The notes beneath the pieces were generated by a model that was not told the DNA's origin, did no database searches, and was given only the letters and a program-made list of their open reading frames with translations. Below are positions 46,204 through 56,407 of a DNA stretch of 64,000 nucleotides, one piece after another. Every line of letters starts with the position of its first letter. The stretch's first letter is position 1. The DNA is taken from sequence record NC_047713.1; one strand, 5' to 3'. A program made the position numbers and the translations under genes.

Positions 46204-49200
46204 ATGGCATATTTACTTTCTAATGGGGGCGTTATTATTAACGACTCCAGAGAAATCGTAAATGCTGGGGTTGTAACTGCTACTGCGTTCTTTGGGGACG
46301 GTTCTGGTTTATCTGGAATCGCAACCATTTCTGATGGGGGAATCTCCATCGGCGACGCAAACATCACTGGAAACTTAAATGTTTCTGGTATTTCTACCGT
46401 AGAATTCTTAAACGCTTCTGACATTAATGTCGGCGGTGCTTTAACAGTCACAGGTGATCTATCTGTCGGTGGTGATTTATCTTTTGATGAGGTTTCTGGT
46501 AGAAACCTAAACATCACTGGTATTTCCACACTCGGAACAGTTAAGATTTCAAATGGCATTGTAACCGCCACTAGTGGCGTTGTTACATATTACGGTGATG
46601 GTAGCAATCTAACCGGCATTGACATCACAGATAGTGATGTAAGACTCAGAAACCTTTCGGTTACTGGTGTCTCTACATTCACAGGTGATGTATCTTTTGG
46701 AGCAAACGCTTCTCTAGTAGGCGACCTAACTTCTGGTCGTAACGCAAACCTTTCAGGTATTGCGACAGTAAATGATATCTATATTGATAACTTACTTTAT
46801 GATTCCAACAATAATGTTGGAGCAGCTGGTTCAATTCTTGTAACCGCAGGTGGAAAGTTACAGTGGCTACCGCCCGATCAAGCGGGTATTGCTACAGTAT
46901 TCCAACCAGGAAATACATTCTTTGTTTCTAAGAATGGTGATGATAGTAGTGATGGTCTCTCCATGGAGAAATCATTTGCTACCATTTCCTACGCTCTGTC
47001 TCAGATTTCATCAGGGACAAACAACGTTCTCTTAATCACCGCTGGTGATTATGAAGAAGTATTCCCACTATCAGTTCCCGATGGACTGACTGTTAAGGGT
47101 GTTGGACAACGTGCGGTTCTAGTTAGACCCACTTCAGCTACAGAAACCAACGATGGTTTCCAACTTGGTAACGCATCCACAGTTGAAGATTTGACCATTG
47201 GTCAGATGTTTAAACCTCAAGGTGCTTCCAATAATAACTACGCTTTCACATATAGAAGTGGTGCTACCATTTCATCTCGTGGACCTTATGTTTCTAGAGT
47301 TACGGTTCTAAACAAAGGTAGCGTAACTTCTACCTCTGACCCATTTGGATATGGTTCAGCTGATGCTTATCCAACGACTGCCCCTGGTGGTGCTGGTGTA
47401 TTGGCTGATGGTAGTGTTCTTAACTCCGCCTCACTAGAAGCCTCATTCCTACTTAACGAAGTCACCACCTTCACTGCCGGTAACATCGGTATTGATATGG
47501 TCAACGGTGCTCGTGTTGAGTGGTTGAATGGTTTCTCCTACTTCGCATCCGAGGGTGTTAAAGGTAGAGCTGACCAGTCAACTGGTTTGTATGGTGCAGG
47601 TAAGACGAGACTAAGAGTTGAGAACGCCTCTGGTGGTCTAGTCAATGGTAATACCATTGAACTCTATGATATTGATGGCACGACTAGCCTTGCTAGTGGT
47701 ACTATTGACGGCACCAGTGGTGCATACACGACCCTGACTACTGGTGGTACTGGTACCTTCGCTATTGCAGGAAGTCGTAAGGCGAAAGCTGCCTCATTCG
47801 TTGATACAGCCTCTCTATCTACAACACAAGCCAAATTCGGGAATGCTTCACTAGATGTAACTGGTCAGTCTACTGATTGTATCAATGTTGATCCAAGCAG
47901 TGACTTCGGTTTCGGTACTGGTGACTTTACAGCTGAATTCTGGTTGTATAGAACATCAGCTACTGCTGGTGCTACTATTCTCGATATGAGAGATGCAGCT
48001 GATACTGATTCAGCTCTATCTATTAGAGAGAACACTAGTGATGTTATTGAAGTTCTTGTCGGCAACTCTGTTGTTCTAACTTCATCCACAAGTGCTATTG
48101 GTAATGCCGCTTGGTATCACATTGCTGTTGCCCGTTTGGGTAGCACAATGGAACTATTCATTAATGGTGCCCAGGAAGCTTCAGCATCCAATTCATCTGA
48201 CTTAGGTCTAAGCCAGTCACTCACCTTTGGTGCTGACTATGCTAACGCCAATGGTACTATTGCGTTCTTAGATGAACTCCGTATCGAGAAGGGTGCTGCT
48301 AAGTACACGAATCCGTTTACTCCTTCCACTGTACCCCTTGAGGGTGACCGTGGTACAGCTATCCTACTCCACTTTGATGGATCAAATGGAGCAACTGAAG
48401 CTCCTGATGATATTCAGATATTCCAGGATATCCGTATCAGTGGTGGTAACACAGCTGATAGACTATCACTTGCTGACTACAGTCAGTTTGGTGCTGAGTT
48501 GCGTTCCTCTGGTTGTGCTGTTGAGTATGGTAACAAAGGTGTCGTCGGAGACGGTGCTGGTGTTGCTCTAAGACTCATCGGTATTAACTTCAGTTTCGTA
48601 GGTGCCCTAGGTGATCTAACTAACGATCCAAACCTAGCCGTTCAGGCTAATGAAGTTACAGAAACTAACAATGCTGAGGTATCTTTCACCAGTATTGATC
48701 AAGGTGGTGACTTCCGTGTTGGTGAATCCTTCTATGTTAACCAGGAAACTGGTGATGTATCATTCAACAACACAACAACTGATCTAACCTCACTATCTAG
48801 TCTAACCATCACTGATGGTACTAACAACTCACTTATCACTCCTACCTCTGGTAGATTTGGTAATGTTCAGATCTCTGGACAGCAAGTTGCTTCTGTATCT
48901 GGTGACCTAGACCTAGTAACCGCTGGTGGTGGTGAAGTTAACATCTACGGTAATACTAACGTTGTTGGTATTCTAACCGCACAGGTTGTTGAGATCAACG
49001 CTATCCAGAAGGGTGATACTTCTATCGCTCTAGATGATACCGGTACTGATGGTACTATCCGGTTTAACACCGATGGTTCTGAGGCAGGTAGATTCACTAA
49101 GGATAACGACCTTGCAGTAACACACAACTTCCGCGTTGGTGGAATTGGTACTATTCCAAACTTGGTAAGTACTACTGCAACCATCACAACTCTAAATGTT

Positions 49201-52074
49201 GAGAACCTTGTCAGTAGTGGTAGCACTAGTGGCGGTGGCGGAACTGGTATCGGTTCTACCGCTATCAATTCACCTAACCTTAATATTTCTGGTCAGGCAA
49301 ACTTCAACAACGTCAACGTTTCTGGTGTTGCCACGGTTCCTGATCTAACTGTAACCAACTCCTTTACTAATACTGGTTATTCAACCATCACTGGTGACGC
49401 CGAAGTTGGTGGAAATCTATGGTTGAAGGGTGACCTCAATGTTATCGGTTCCCAGAATGTTAGCGAGTTCTTCGCTACCAATATGGAGATCTCTGGTATC
49501 GCTACCTTCGGTACCGTAAAGGTCAACAGTAATGTCCATTGTGACGATACTGTATTTGTTGGCGGTGCTGTAACAATCACTGGTCCAATCACAGCAGTGG
49601 ATATCTTTGCCACTGGTATTGGAACCATTCCTGTAGCAGATGTTGGACATGCCGATGTTGATTCTATCAATGTCACTGGTATCTCTACTATCTCTCAGGT
49701 TGATATCGGTAAGATTACCGTAGGTGACTTCACTGTAACTGGATTTGCAACTGTCACTGACGGACTTGAAGTTATCGGTCCTGTCTCATTTGGTGGTTCT
49801 ATCACACAACTACCTCTACCAACTGGTCAAGGTGGTGTTTGGTTTGACAACTCTGTTGTGGGTGTCGGCACACTACTCGCCACTAATGCATCAATTAGCG
49901 GACTCCTCGGAGTTGGTAATTCATTGGGTGTTGCTGGTGATGCCTACATCGATGGAAACATCATTGGTTCTGGTGGTACTATCTCTAATTACAACGAGAT
50001 TATTACACCTCTCCTAACCGCAACTGATATCGATGCAGCTACACTCGATGTTAGTGGTAACGTAACCATTGATGGAAACGTAGACCTTGGTGACACATCT
50101 GCCGACTTCGTTAGAATCAACGGTAGAGTAAGTACTTCCTTTATTCCTTCTACTGATAGTGCAACTGACTTAGGTAGCAATGGTCTCAGGTGGAAAGAAC
50201 TCTTCGTTGATAAACTCACCCTCACAGATGATGCTGCTATTGGTGGTGATCTATCTGTTGGTGGTAGTGTATCTGCCGATTATGTAGATACTACTGAACT
50301 CAATGTCAGTGGTGTTGCAACCTTCGCTCAGATTTCAATTGGTGGTGGCGGCGGTGGTATTAGTACCAACGGCGTTATTATTAACAATGTTACTGTTACT
50401 GACCAGAGTACTCTTAACAACCTCATTGTTTCTGGTGTATCAACCTTCGTTGGTGTTTCTACCTTCAAGGGTGATGTCTATATCGATGGTAACCTAATCA
50501 TTGATGGTGATAACAGTCAGGATCTAATCAGTGGTACTAACCTACTCGTCAGTGGTATTGCTACCATCGGCACACTAGGTGTAACTACAAACTTAACTGT
50601 TGGTGGTGATGTACTTGTCAGTGGTGCTATGACCGCTGGTTCATACAATGGTGATGGTTCTCAGTTAGATAATCTACCTGCAGCATCAATCACAACCTCC
50701 ATAACACCTACAACTAGGGTGAATGGTGATACACTACAGACTGGTGATCTATGGTATGACTCTTCTGAGTTACGCCAGTATACTTACTATGATGATGGTG
50801 GATCCGTTCAGTGGGTACCTTCAGCCCCAGAACCTACTATTCCTGATTTTACCTACGCAGGTAACACAGGTATTGGTACTCTATCCTTAGGGGATGATAC
50901 TTTCTCTGTTGTTGGTGATGGTACAAACGTAGTCACTACTGCAAGTGGTGTAACTACTACCGTAACCATTTCACTATCCGATAGTGTGGCAATCGCCGGT
51001 TCTATGACCGCTGGTAGCTTCCTTGGTGAGAACCTCAATGTTTCTGGTGTATCAACCTTCGTTGGCGTTACAACCTTCAGAGGTGATGTCTTCATCGAAG
51101 GTAACCTAATCATTGATGGTGATGAGAGTCAGGATCTAGTCAGTGGTACTAACCTAATTATTACTGGTATTGCTACCATTGGTACATTAGGAGTAACTAC
51201 TACTACTACCAATACTCTCACCGTACTCGATACCTTCACTCTAGATAACCCAGTCAATTCTATCGGAATTAGTTCTGATCTAGGTGGAGCCGGTGCTGCT
51301 CACACAGCTCTTGCTTCCCAGTTAGCAATCAAACAATACATTGATGCTAATAACTCAGATCAAAACCTAAACTTCACTGGTGATACTGGTTCTGGCTCGA
51401 TTGGTCTTGGTACTGAATCCCTAGAGGTTCGTGGTACAGCACAACAGGTTACAACCATTGGTGTTGGTAACAGTGTTGTTATTGGACTACCTAACACAGT
51501 AAGAGTACCACAGAGACTATATGTTGGTGGTGGTGCCTTTACTCAGGTTATGGATGCCAACTCCGCTTCTGGTGTGGTATTTGCCAATAAGATTGTTACG
51601 ATCAACAAAGGTCTAACCCTCAGTAGTAGTGACCTAACCGGAGTTCGTAACCTAGTTCAGACTGGTATTGCAACTCTTGGTACAGTTAACTTCTCTGGTG
51701 TAACAACCACTGTAGGTAACGCATTCGTTGGTAATGACTTAAGTGTCTTAGGCACAGTCAACGCTAATGACTTCAACTCTACTTCTGACGCTACTAGAAA
51801 AGAAGACGTAGTTGAGATTGAAGATGCACTCGCTAAGGTCCTAGACCTACGTGGTGTAACATTCAACTGGAAGAATGGTGAAGGATCATCTGCTGGTGTT
51901 CTTGCACAAGAAGTTCAGATGGTTCTACCTGAGATTGTTAAGGGTGATGTAGGCAATATGTCCGTTCAGTATAACGGTATTATAGCACTTCTCGTCCAAG
52001 CAGTCAAGGAACTATCTTCTGAAGTTGAAGAACTCAAGAGAACCAAGAGTGACAAGAGAAGGAAGAAATCCTGA
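46204..52074 (+). CDS. Tail fibre-like protein (1956 aa), paralogue of the previous gene, with S74 chaperone
   Basis: Same core (FFVSKNGDDSSDG, GSADAYPTTAPGGAG, FGTGDFTAEFWLY, IQKGDTSIALDDTGTDGTIRF); SDATRKEDV..GVLAQEVQ..VQYNGII. Confidence 0.85.
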   Translation: MAYLLSNGGVIINDSREIVNAGVVTATAFFGDGSGLSGIATISDGGISIGDANITGNLNVSGISTVEFLNASDINVGGALTVTGDLSVGGDLSFDEVSGRNLNITGISTLGTVKISNGIVTATSGVVTYYGDGSNLTGIDITDSDVRLRNLSVTGVSTFTGDVSFGANASLVGDLTSGRNANLSGIATVNDIYIDNLLYDSNNNVGAAGSILVTAGGKLQWLPPDQAGIATVFQPGNTFFVSKNGDDSSDGLSMEKSFATISYALSQISSGTNNVLLITAGDYEEVFPLSVPDGLTVKGVGQRAVLVRPTSATETNDGFQLGNASTVEDLTIGQMFKPQGASNNNYAFTYRSGATISSRGPYVSRVTVLNKGSVTSTSDPFGYGSADAYPTTAPGGAGVLADGSVLNSASLEASFLLNEVTTFTAGNIGIDMVNGARVEWLNGFSYFASEGVKGRADQSTGLYGAGKTRLRVENASGGLVNGNTIELYDIDGTTSLASGTIDGTSGAYTTLTTGGTGTFAIAGSRKAKAASFVDTASLSTTQAKFGNASLDVTGQSTDCINVDPSSDFGFGTGDFTAEFWLYRTSATAGATILDMRDAADTDSALSIRENTSDVIEVLVGNSVVLTSSTSAIGNAAWYHIAVARLGSTMELFINGAQEASASNSSDLGLSQSLTFGADYANANGTIAFLDELRIEKGAAKYTNPFTPSTVPLEGDRGTAILLHFDGSNGATEAPDDIQIFQDIRISGGNTADRLSLADYSQFGAELRSSGCAVEYGNKGVVGDGAGVALRLIGINFSFVGALGDLTNDPNLAVQANEVTETNNAEVSFTSIDQGGDFRVGESFYVNQETGDVSFNNTTTDLTSLSSLTITDGTNNSLITPTSGRFGNVQISGQQVASVSGDLDLVTAGGGEVNIYGNTNVVGILTAQVVEINAIQKGDTSIALDDTGTDGTIRFNTDGSEAGRFTKDNDLAVTHNFRVGGIGTIPNLVSTTATITTLNVENLVSSGSTSGGGGTGIGSTAINSPNLNISGQANFNNVNVSGVATVPDLTVTNSFTNTGYSTITGDAEVGGNLWLKGDLNVIGSQNVSEFFATNMEISGIATFGTVKVNSNVHCDDTVFVGGAVTITGPITAVDIFATGIGTIPVADVGHADVDSINVTGISTISQVDIGKITVGDFTVTGFATVTDGLEVIGPVSFGGSITQLPLPTGQGGVWFDNSVVGVGTLLATNASISGLLGVGNSLGVAGDAYIDGNIIGSGGTISNYNEIITPLLTATDIDAATLDVSGNVTIDGNVDLGDTSADFVRINGRVSTSFIPSTDSATDLGSNGLRWKELFVDKLTLTDDAAIGGDLSVGGSVSADYVDTTELNVSGVATFAQISIGGGGGGISTNGVIINNVTVTDQSTLNNLIVSGVSTFVGVSTFKGDVYIDGNLIIDGDNSQDLISGTNLLVSGIATIGTLGVTTNLTVGGDVLVSGAMTAGSYNGDGSQLDNLPAASITTSITPTTRVNGDTLQTGDLWYDSSELRQYTYYDDGGSVQWVPSAPEPTIPDFTYAGNTGIGTLSLGDDTFSVVGDGTNVVTTASGVTTTVTISLSDSVAIAGSMTAGSFLGENLNVSGVSTFVGVTTFRGDVFIEGNLIIDGDESQDLVSGTNLIITGIATIGTLGVTTTTTNTLTVLDTFTLDNPVNSIGISSDLGGAGAAHTALASQLAIKQYIDANNSDQNLNFTGDTGSGSIGLGTESLEVRGTAQQVTTIGVGNSVVIGLPNTVRVPQRLYVGGGAFTQVMDANSASGVVFANKIVTINKGLTLSSSDLTGVRNLVQTGIATLGTVNFSGVTTTVGNAFVGNDLSVLGTVNANDFNSTSDATRKEDVVEIEDALAKVLDLRGVTFNWKNGEGSSAGVLAQEVQMVLPEIVKGDVGNMSVQYNGIIALLVQAVKELSSEVEELKRTKSDKRRKKS

Positions 52075-52078
52075 TAAC

Positions 52079-52107
52079 TTGCCATACTCCTTCTGATCCT
52101 GTATAAT
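52079..52107 (+). promoter_or_regulatory. Sigma70-type promoter
   Basis: TTGCCA-N17-TATAAT. Confidence 0.65.
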
Positions 52108-52142
52108 ACCTTTGTGGAGGATCAGAAGTTGGCTCTAAGCTT

Positions 52143-52166
52143 AGACCCCTTATGGGGTCTTTTTTT
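52143..52166 (+). terminator. Rho-independent terminator
   Basis: AGACCCC-ttat-GGGGTCT plus T6. Confidence 0.85.
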
Positions 52167-52205
52167 ATGCCATAATAAATAGAAGTGATAACTCCATGAA
52201 GACAC

Positions 52206-52586
52206 ATGTCTCTTTCAATTACTACTGCCACTACTACACATGATGGTGTAGTTACTGATGTACAATGGGCTTATACTACATCTGAAGGTATTATCTCAGG
52301 TGGTCACACAATGCAAGGAACACCTGGTAGTGTTACATTAGAAAATGTTAATGAATCTGTTATATCTGGTTGGTTAGAAGAACAGATGGATACCTCACAC
52401 TTTGATAGACTTTGTTCTGAAAGAGGTTTTCCAACAGAAGAGGAAGAAGAAGACAGAACCTTCAACTTCTCAGAAACAGGTACAATGGAAGAAGTAGTTG
52501 CACCTGAGCCTGAGCCTGAGCCTGAACCTGAACCTGAAGATAATGTTGGTATTGCAACCGATGGTTCATCTGGTATTTCAACTTAG
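52206..52586 (+). CDS. Acidic hypothetical protein, tail-associated context
   Basis: VTDVQWAY..ISGWLEEQM; (PE)6 tract. Confidence 0.6.
   Translation: MSLSITTATTTHDGVVTDVQWAYTTSEGIISGGHTMQGTPGSVTLENVNESVISGWLEEQMDTSHFDRLCSERGFPTEEEEEDRTFNFSETGTMEEVVAPEPEPEPEPEPEDNVGIATDGSSGIST
52503..52538 (+). repeat. Coding hexanucleotide repeat (CCTGAR)6 encoding (Pro-Glu)6
   Basis: cctgag x3, cctgaa x3. Confidence 0.95.
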
Positions 52587-52622
52587 AAACTTTTAATCTT
52601 CCAAAAGAACAAAATTATTCTA

Positions 52623-53297
52623 ATGTCTCAAATCAATTTCCCAAATATCCCATCAGATGGTGATGAGTTTTTGGCACCCAATGGTACAACTTACCAATAT
52701 GATTCCGACACAGGTCAGTGGAAGATTCTATTAGGTCCTGGTGCCGATGGTCCCAAGGGTCCTATAGGTCCTGAAGGTGCTACTGGATCCACAGGTCCCG
52801 ATGGTCCTACTGGTGCTACTGGAACGGATGCTACAAGAATAACTGGTGAGATTATTGCATTTGGTGGAACTACTGTTCCATCTGGTTGGCTTGAATGTAA
52901 TGGTCAAGCTGCTCCTAGTGCTCTTGCTGCTGTATTAGGTATATCTAATGTACCAGACTTACGTGGTGAGTTTATAAGAGGATTTGATAACGGTAGAGGT
53001 GTTGATAGTGGCCGTGCCATTCTCACCGCTCAGGGTGATGAATTTGAGAGTCACACACACATTCAAAATTCCCATAACCATACACAAAATCCACACACTC
53101 ACCAAGCAAATTACACACCCTTAACCTATGTGGCGGGGCAACCACAAGCAAATGGATTGGTTACCGCGGTAACAGCTCTAACAAACATTTCCACAAACAC
53201 AGCAACTAATATTGCAAACACAGCAACCAACCAAAGCACAGGTGGCACTGAAACCCGTCCACGCAACATATCTCTGATGTACATCATTAAAACCTAA
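52623..53297 (+). CDS. Tail-collar domain fibre protein with short collagen-like segment
   Basis: GPKGPIGPEGATG; GEIIAFGG..VPSGWLECNG..VPDLRGEFIRGFDNGRGVD; HxH motifs; ETRPRNISLMYIIKT. Confidence 0.85.
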   Translation: MSQINFPNIPSDGDEFLAPNGTTYQYDSDTGQWKILLGPGADGPKGPIGPEGATGSTGPDGPTGATGTDATRITGEIIAFGGTTVPSGWLECNGQAAPSALAAVLGISNVPDLRGEFIRGFDNGRGVDSGRAILTAQGDEFESHTHIQNSHNHTQNPHTHQANYTPLTYVAGQPQANGLVTAVTALTNISTNTATNIANTATNQSTGGTETRPRNISLMYIIKT

Positions 53298-53301
53298 ACC
53301 C

Positions 53302-53949
53302 ATGTCTCAAATTAATTTCCCAAATAGCCCATCCGATGGTGAAGAGTTTCTAGCATCTAATGGAACTACGTATCGATACGATAGTTCTACGGGTCAGTGG
53401 AAGATTCTATCAGGTCCTGGTGTTCAGGGACCCGCTGGTAATACAGGTCCTACTGGATCTATTATTATGTGGGGAACTTCAACACTACCAGAGGGATATA
53501 TCGAATGTAATGGTCAATCTACTTCTGGATATACAGCTTTAGCTGCGTTATATGGTTCCAATGTCCCAGATCTTCGTGGTGAGTTTGTAAGGGGTTGGGA
53601 TAACGGTAAGGGTACTGATAGTGGTCGGGCTCTATTGGGTAGTCAAGGCGAATCGTTTAAAAGCCACACACACACTCAGAATTCACACAATCACAGTCAG
53701 AATTCACACAATCACACACAGAATCCCCACAAACACACGCAACAACTGGGTGGAACTATTTCATCTGACCTTTTGCAATCCGGGAGTTATCGGATTGGTA
53801 ACGCAAATTCTGCATCAGTTAGTAATACCACAGCAACCAATAAATCTACTACAGCAACCAATAATGCAGCCACAGCAACCAACCAAAGCACAGGTGATAC
53901 TGAAACCCGTCCACGCAACATATCTTTGATGTATATTATTAAGACCTAG
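53302..53949 (+). CDS. Tail-collar domain fibre protein, paralogue
   Basis: GSIIMWG..LPEGYIECNG..VPDLRGEFVRGWD; HxH motifs; identical C-terminus ETRPRNISLMYIIKT. Confidence 0.85.
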   Translation: MSQINFPNSPSDGEEFLASNGTTYRYDSSTGQWKILSGPGVQGPAGNTGPTGSIIMWGTSTLPEGYIECNGQSTSGYTALAALYGSNVPDLRGEFVRGWDNGKGTDSGRALLGSQGESFKSHTHTQNSHNHSQNSHNHTQNPHKHTQQLGGTISSDLLQSGSYRIGNANSASVSNTTATNKSTTATNNAATATNQSTGDTETRPRNISLMYIIKT

Positions 53950-53985
53950 TGTGATATAATAAATACACTGTAAGAATACTATATT

Positions 53986-54219
53986 ATGTACACCCTATAC
54001 TCCAAACTAAACTGTTCTCATTGTAAAGCAATTGAGAATGTATTTGATCTAAAGAACATTCCATACACCAAGAAAACACTAGGTCTAGACTTCACTAAGG
54101 TGGAGTTTATGGAACAATTTGGTAGAACTACTTTCCCCAGAGTAGTCAGTAATGAAGGAGTGGTATTGGGTGGTGCTAGTGAAACTGTTAAAATCCTAAA
54201 AGAACAAGGTATCCTTTAA
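53986..54219 (+). CDS. Glutaredoxin
   Basis: LYSKLNCSHC, TFPRV, LGG. Confidence 0.85.
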   Translation: MYTLYSKLNCSHCKAIENVFDLKNIPYTKKTLGLDFTKVEFMEQFGRTTFPRVVSNEGVVLGGASETVKILKEQGIL

Positions 54220-54431
54220 TGTCTCAAATTAATTTTCCAAGTTCACCAGATAATGGTGATGAGTTTTTAGCCGGTAATGGCACAACATATCAATATGATA
54301 GTGCAACAGGTCAGTGGAAGATTCTATCAGGTCCTGGATCTCAAGGTCCTATAGGTCCTGCAGGTCCTCTTGGATCTACAGGTGCTACTGGACCTACCAT
54401 TGATATTGGTGCCCTACCAGAACTTAGTTGA
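54219..54431 (+). CDS. Short protein: MSQINFP module plus collagen-like segment
   Basis: Same first ~40 aa as the two collar proteins; GPIGPAGPLGSTGATGPT. Confidence 0.7.
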   Translation: MSQINFPSSPDNGDEFLAGNGTTYQYDSATGQWKILSGPGSQGPIGPAGPLGSTGATGPTIDIGALPELS

Positions 54432-54465
54432 TATGTTATAATGTATCATAGTAACTCTATGATAT

Positions 54466-55224
54466 ATGGCTGCCCCTGTTGTTAAGATTTTGACTCCTGC
54501 ATATATGGGTCAAGTGACCACACAATATATGCATAGTCTTATTGAATTTATACCATATGCTATGAGTAATGGTATAAATGTAACCTTTGAGACAATGCCC
54601 AACTGTTCTCTCATCAGTTTGGGTAGGAATGTGATGCAGTCTAGAGCACTCAGAGATCCCACATGGACTCATCTAATGTGGATTGATTCTGATATTAGAT
54701 TTCCAAAGGAAGCTATTATCAGTATGTTATTTGATGATAAACCTATTATGGGTGGTTTCTATCCAAAGAAGTCACTACCCATTGACATGGCAAGTTCTCC
54801 CATGCCTGGTGGTGAAGAAACTGAGCAACTATTTGAAACTGATTATGTTGCCACTGGTTTCATGTTAATTAAACGTGAAGTCATTGAGAAGATGCAAGAT
54901 TCATACCCCGAACGTAAGTTTTTCTATCAGGGTAGTGACGAATATTATGATTTATATGCACCTTACATCGATGAAGATTCACCTAATAGATTATTTCTCA
55001 CTGAAGACTATGCCTTCTGTCGTCTAGCACGTAAGATTGGTTATAAGTCATATATGTCCAAGAGATTTACTCTAGGTCATATTGGTGTTTATGAGTTTAA
55101 TTGGAATACAGAACAAAATCTATCACAAGCATATATTCAAAAGTATGCACAACCAAAACAAAAACTAGAAAAGGTTGAAGGTGATAGTGAAGATTACAAT
55201 AAACTAGATGATCTTCCACAATAA
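54466..55224 (+). CDS. GT-A fold glycosyltransferase-like protein
   Basis: ILTPAY, SLISLGRN, THLMWIDSDI (DXD), ATGFMLIKR, LTEDYAFCR. Confidence 0.65.
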   Translation: MAAPVVKILTPAYMGQVTTQYMHSLIEFIPYAMSNGINVTFETMPNCSLISLGRNVMQSRALRDPTWTHLMWIDSDIRFPKEAIISMLFDDKPIMGGFYPKKSLPIDMASSPMPGGEETEQLFETDYVATGFMLIKREVIEKMQDSYPERKFFYQGSDEYYDLYAPYIDEDSPNRLFLTEDYAFCRLARKIGYKSYMSKRFTLGHIGVYEFNWNTEQNLSQAYIQKYAQPKQKLEKVEGDSEDYNKLDDLPQ

Positions 55225-55252
55225 ATACTAACACTAGAACTACCACAAACAA

Positions 55253-56407
55253 ATGTCTATAAGAACTGCTTATTACTTAATGCAAAGAAGTGGCGTTAAT
55301 TATAAGGTTTCAGGATTAGATCTTATAAACAGAGACACTTCCATACTTAATGCTGGTGATGTATTTTTGGTTGAAAGGAGTGGAACTGCATACAAATTTA
55401 CAGTATCACTTGATGCAGGAGGGGATGTAGATACATCTAGCATTCAAGATGATGATCTGTTTGTTTGTTTTATTGATGGATCTGAAAAGAAAATTAATGG
55501 ATTAGAGTTTAGTGCTCTAGTTAGTCCGAACGTATGGGAAACCAAAGACAGTTGGACTCATATTATTACAGATATAGAATACGAATGGCAAAGCGTATAT
55601 GGTTATGATCATGATGGTGTCTATCGATTAGATGGAACATTAATAGCTGCTGCTGCTTCCAGCACCGAGCTCACGACTGAATCAGAATTTGTGATCACTG
55701 GTAATAGTTCTACTGTGAGTGCAGGCGGCATTGATGTTAGAGTAGAGTGGCTTAGTAACATAGGCACAAGAACAGACTTAAGTCGTGCGTTCCAAGATCT
55801 ACCCGATCTGACTTTATTTGATGGGTATTGGGATATGACCAACGTTACAAACATGGCACAGATGTTCTACAACGTTGGACCTTTTACAGCTGACGTTAGT
55901 AGTTGGAATACATCTAATGTGACTAATATGTCGGATATGTTCTATCGCTCGGGTTGGGGTGATTACACCTTCAATGTTACAGGGGTTTCTTCCTGGGATA
56001 CAACGAATGTCACATGTATGTCGTTTATGTTTGAAGGCATTGATCTAACTGAAGATATTACTGGTTGGGATGTTTCTAATGTAACTAATATGGCGGGTAT
56101 GTTCGAGTTCGGTATCTTCAACCAAAACATTGGTGGTTGGGATGTTTCTAATGTAACTAATATGAGTTATATGTTCCACGAGAGTAACACCTTCAATCAA
56201 AACATTGGTGGTTGGGATGTTGCTAATGTAACTAATATGGATGCTATGTTCTATTACTATAGTGGTGGACAATTTGCTGGACAATTCAACCAAAACCTAA
56301 GTGGATGGTGTGTAACTAACATTGGATCTAAACCTAATGACTTCGATACTAATTCTGGTTTCGCAGGTCAGACCGCCCTACAACCACAGTGGGGTACTTG
56401 CCCATAA
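55253..56407 (+). CDS. DUF285/BspA-type leucine-rich repeat protein
   Basis: About six WDVSNVTNMxxMF repeats; FNQNLSGWCV terminus. Confidence 0.85.
   Translation: MSIRTAYYLMQRSGVNYKVSGLDLINRDTSILNAGDVFLVERSGTAYKFTVSLDAGGDVDTSSIQDDDLFVCFIDGSEKKINGLEFSALVSPNVWETKDSWTHIITDIEYEWQSVYGYDHDGVYRLDGTLIAAAASSTELTTESEFVITGNSSTVSAGGIDVRVEWLSNIGTRTDLSRAFQDLPDLTLFDGYWDMTNVTNMAQMFYNVGPFTADVSSWNTSNVTNMSDMFYRSGWGDYTFNVTGVSSWDTTNVTCMSFMFEGIDLTEDITGWDVSNVTNMAGMFEFGIFNQNIGGWDVSNVTNMSYMFHESNTFNQNIGGWDVANVTNMDAMFYYYSGGQFAGQFNQNLSGWCVTNIGSKPNDFDTNSGFAGQTALQPQWGTCP

Noticed and set aside
22669-51866. Many 60-270 aa ORFs on the minus strand or in alternative frames within the structural genes
   Set aside because: They are shadows of the repetitive, codon-biased plus-strand genes (Val/Thr/Ser/Pro-rich mirror sequences) with no promoters, RBS or recognisable motifs.
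32911-52074. Diversity-generating retroelement acting on the fibre genes
   Set aside because: No reverse transcriptase in the window, and the repeat pairs differ at all bases, not specifically at adenines.
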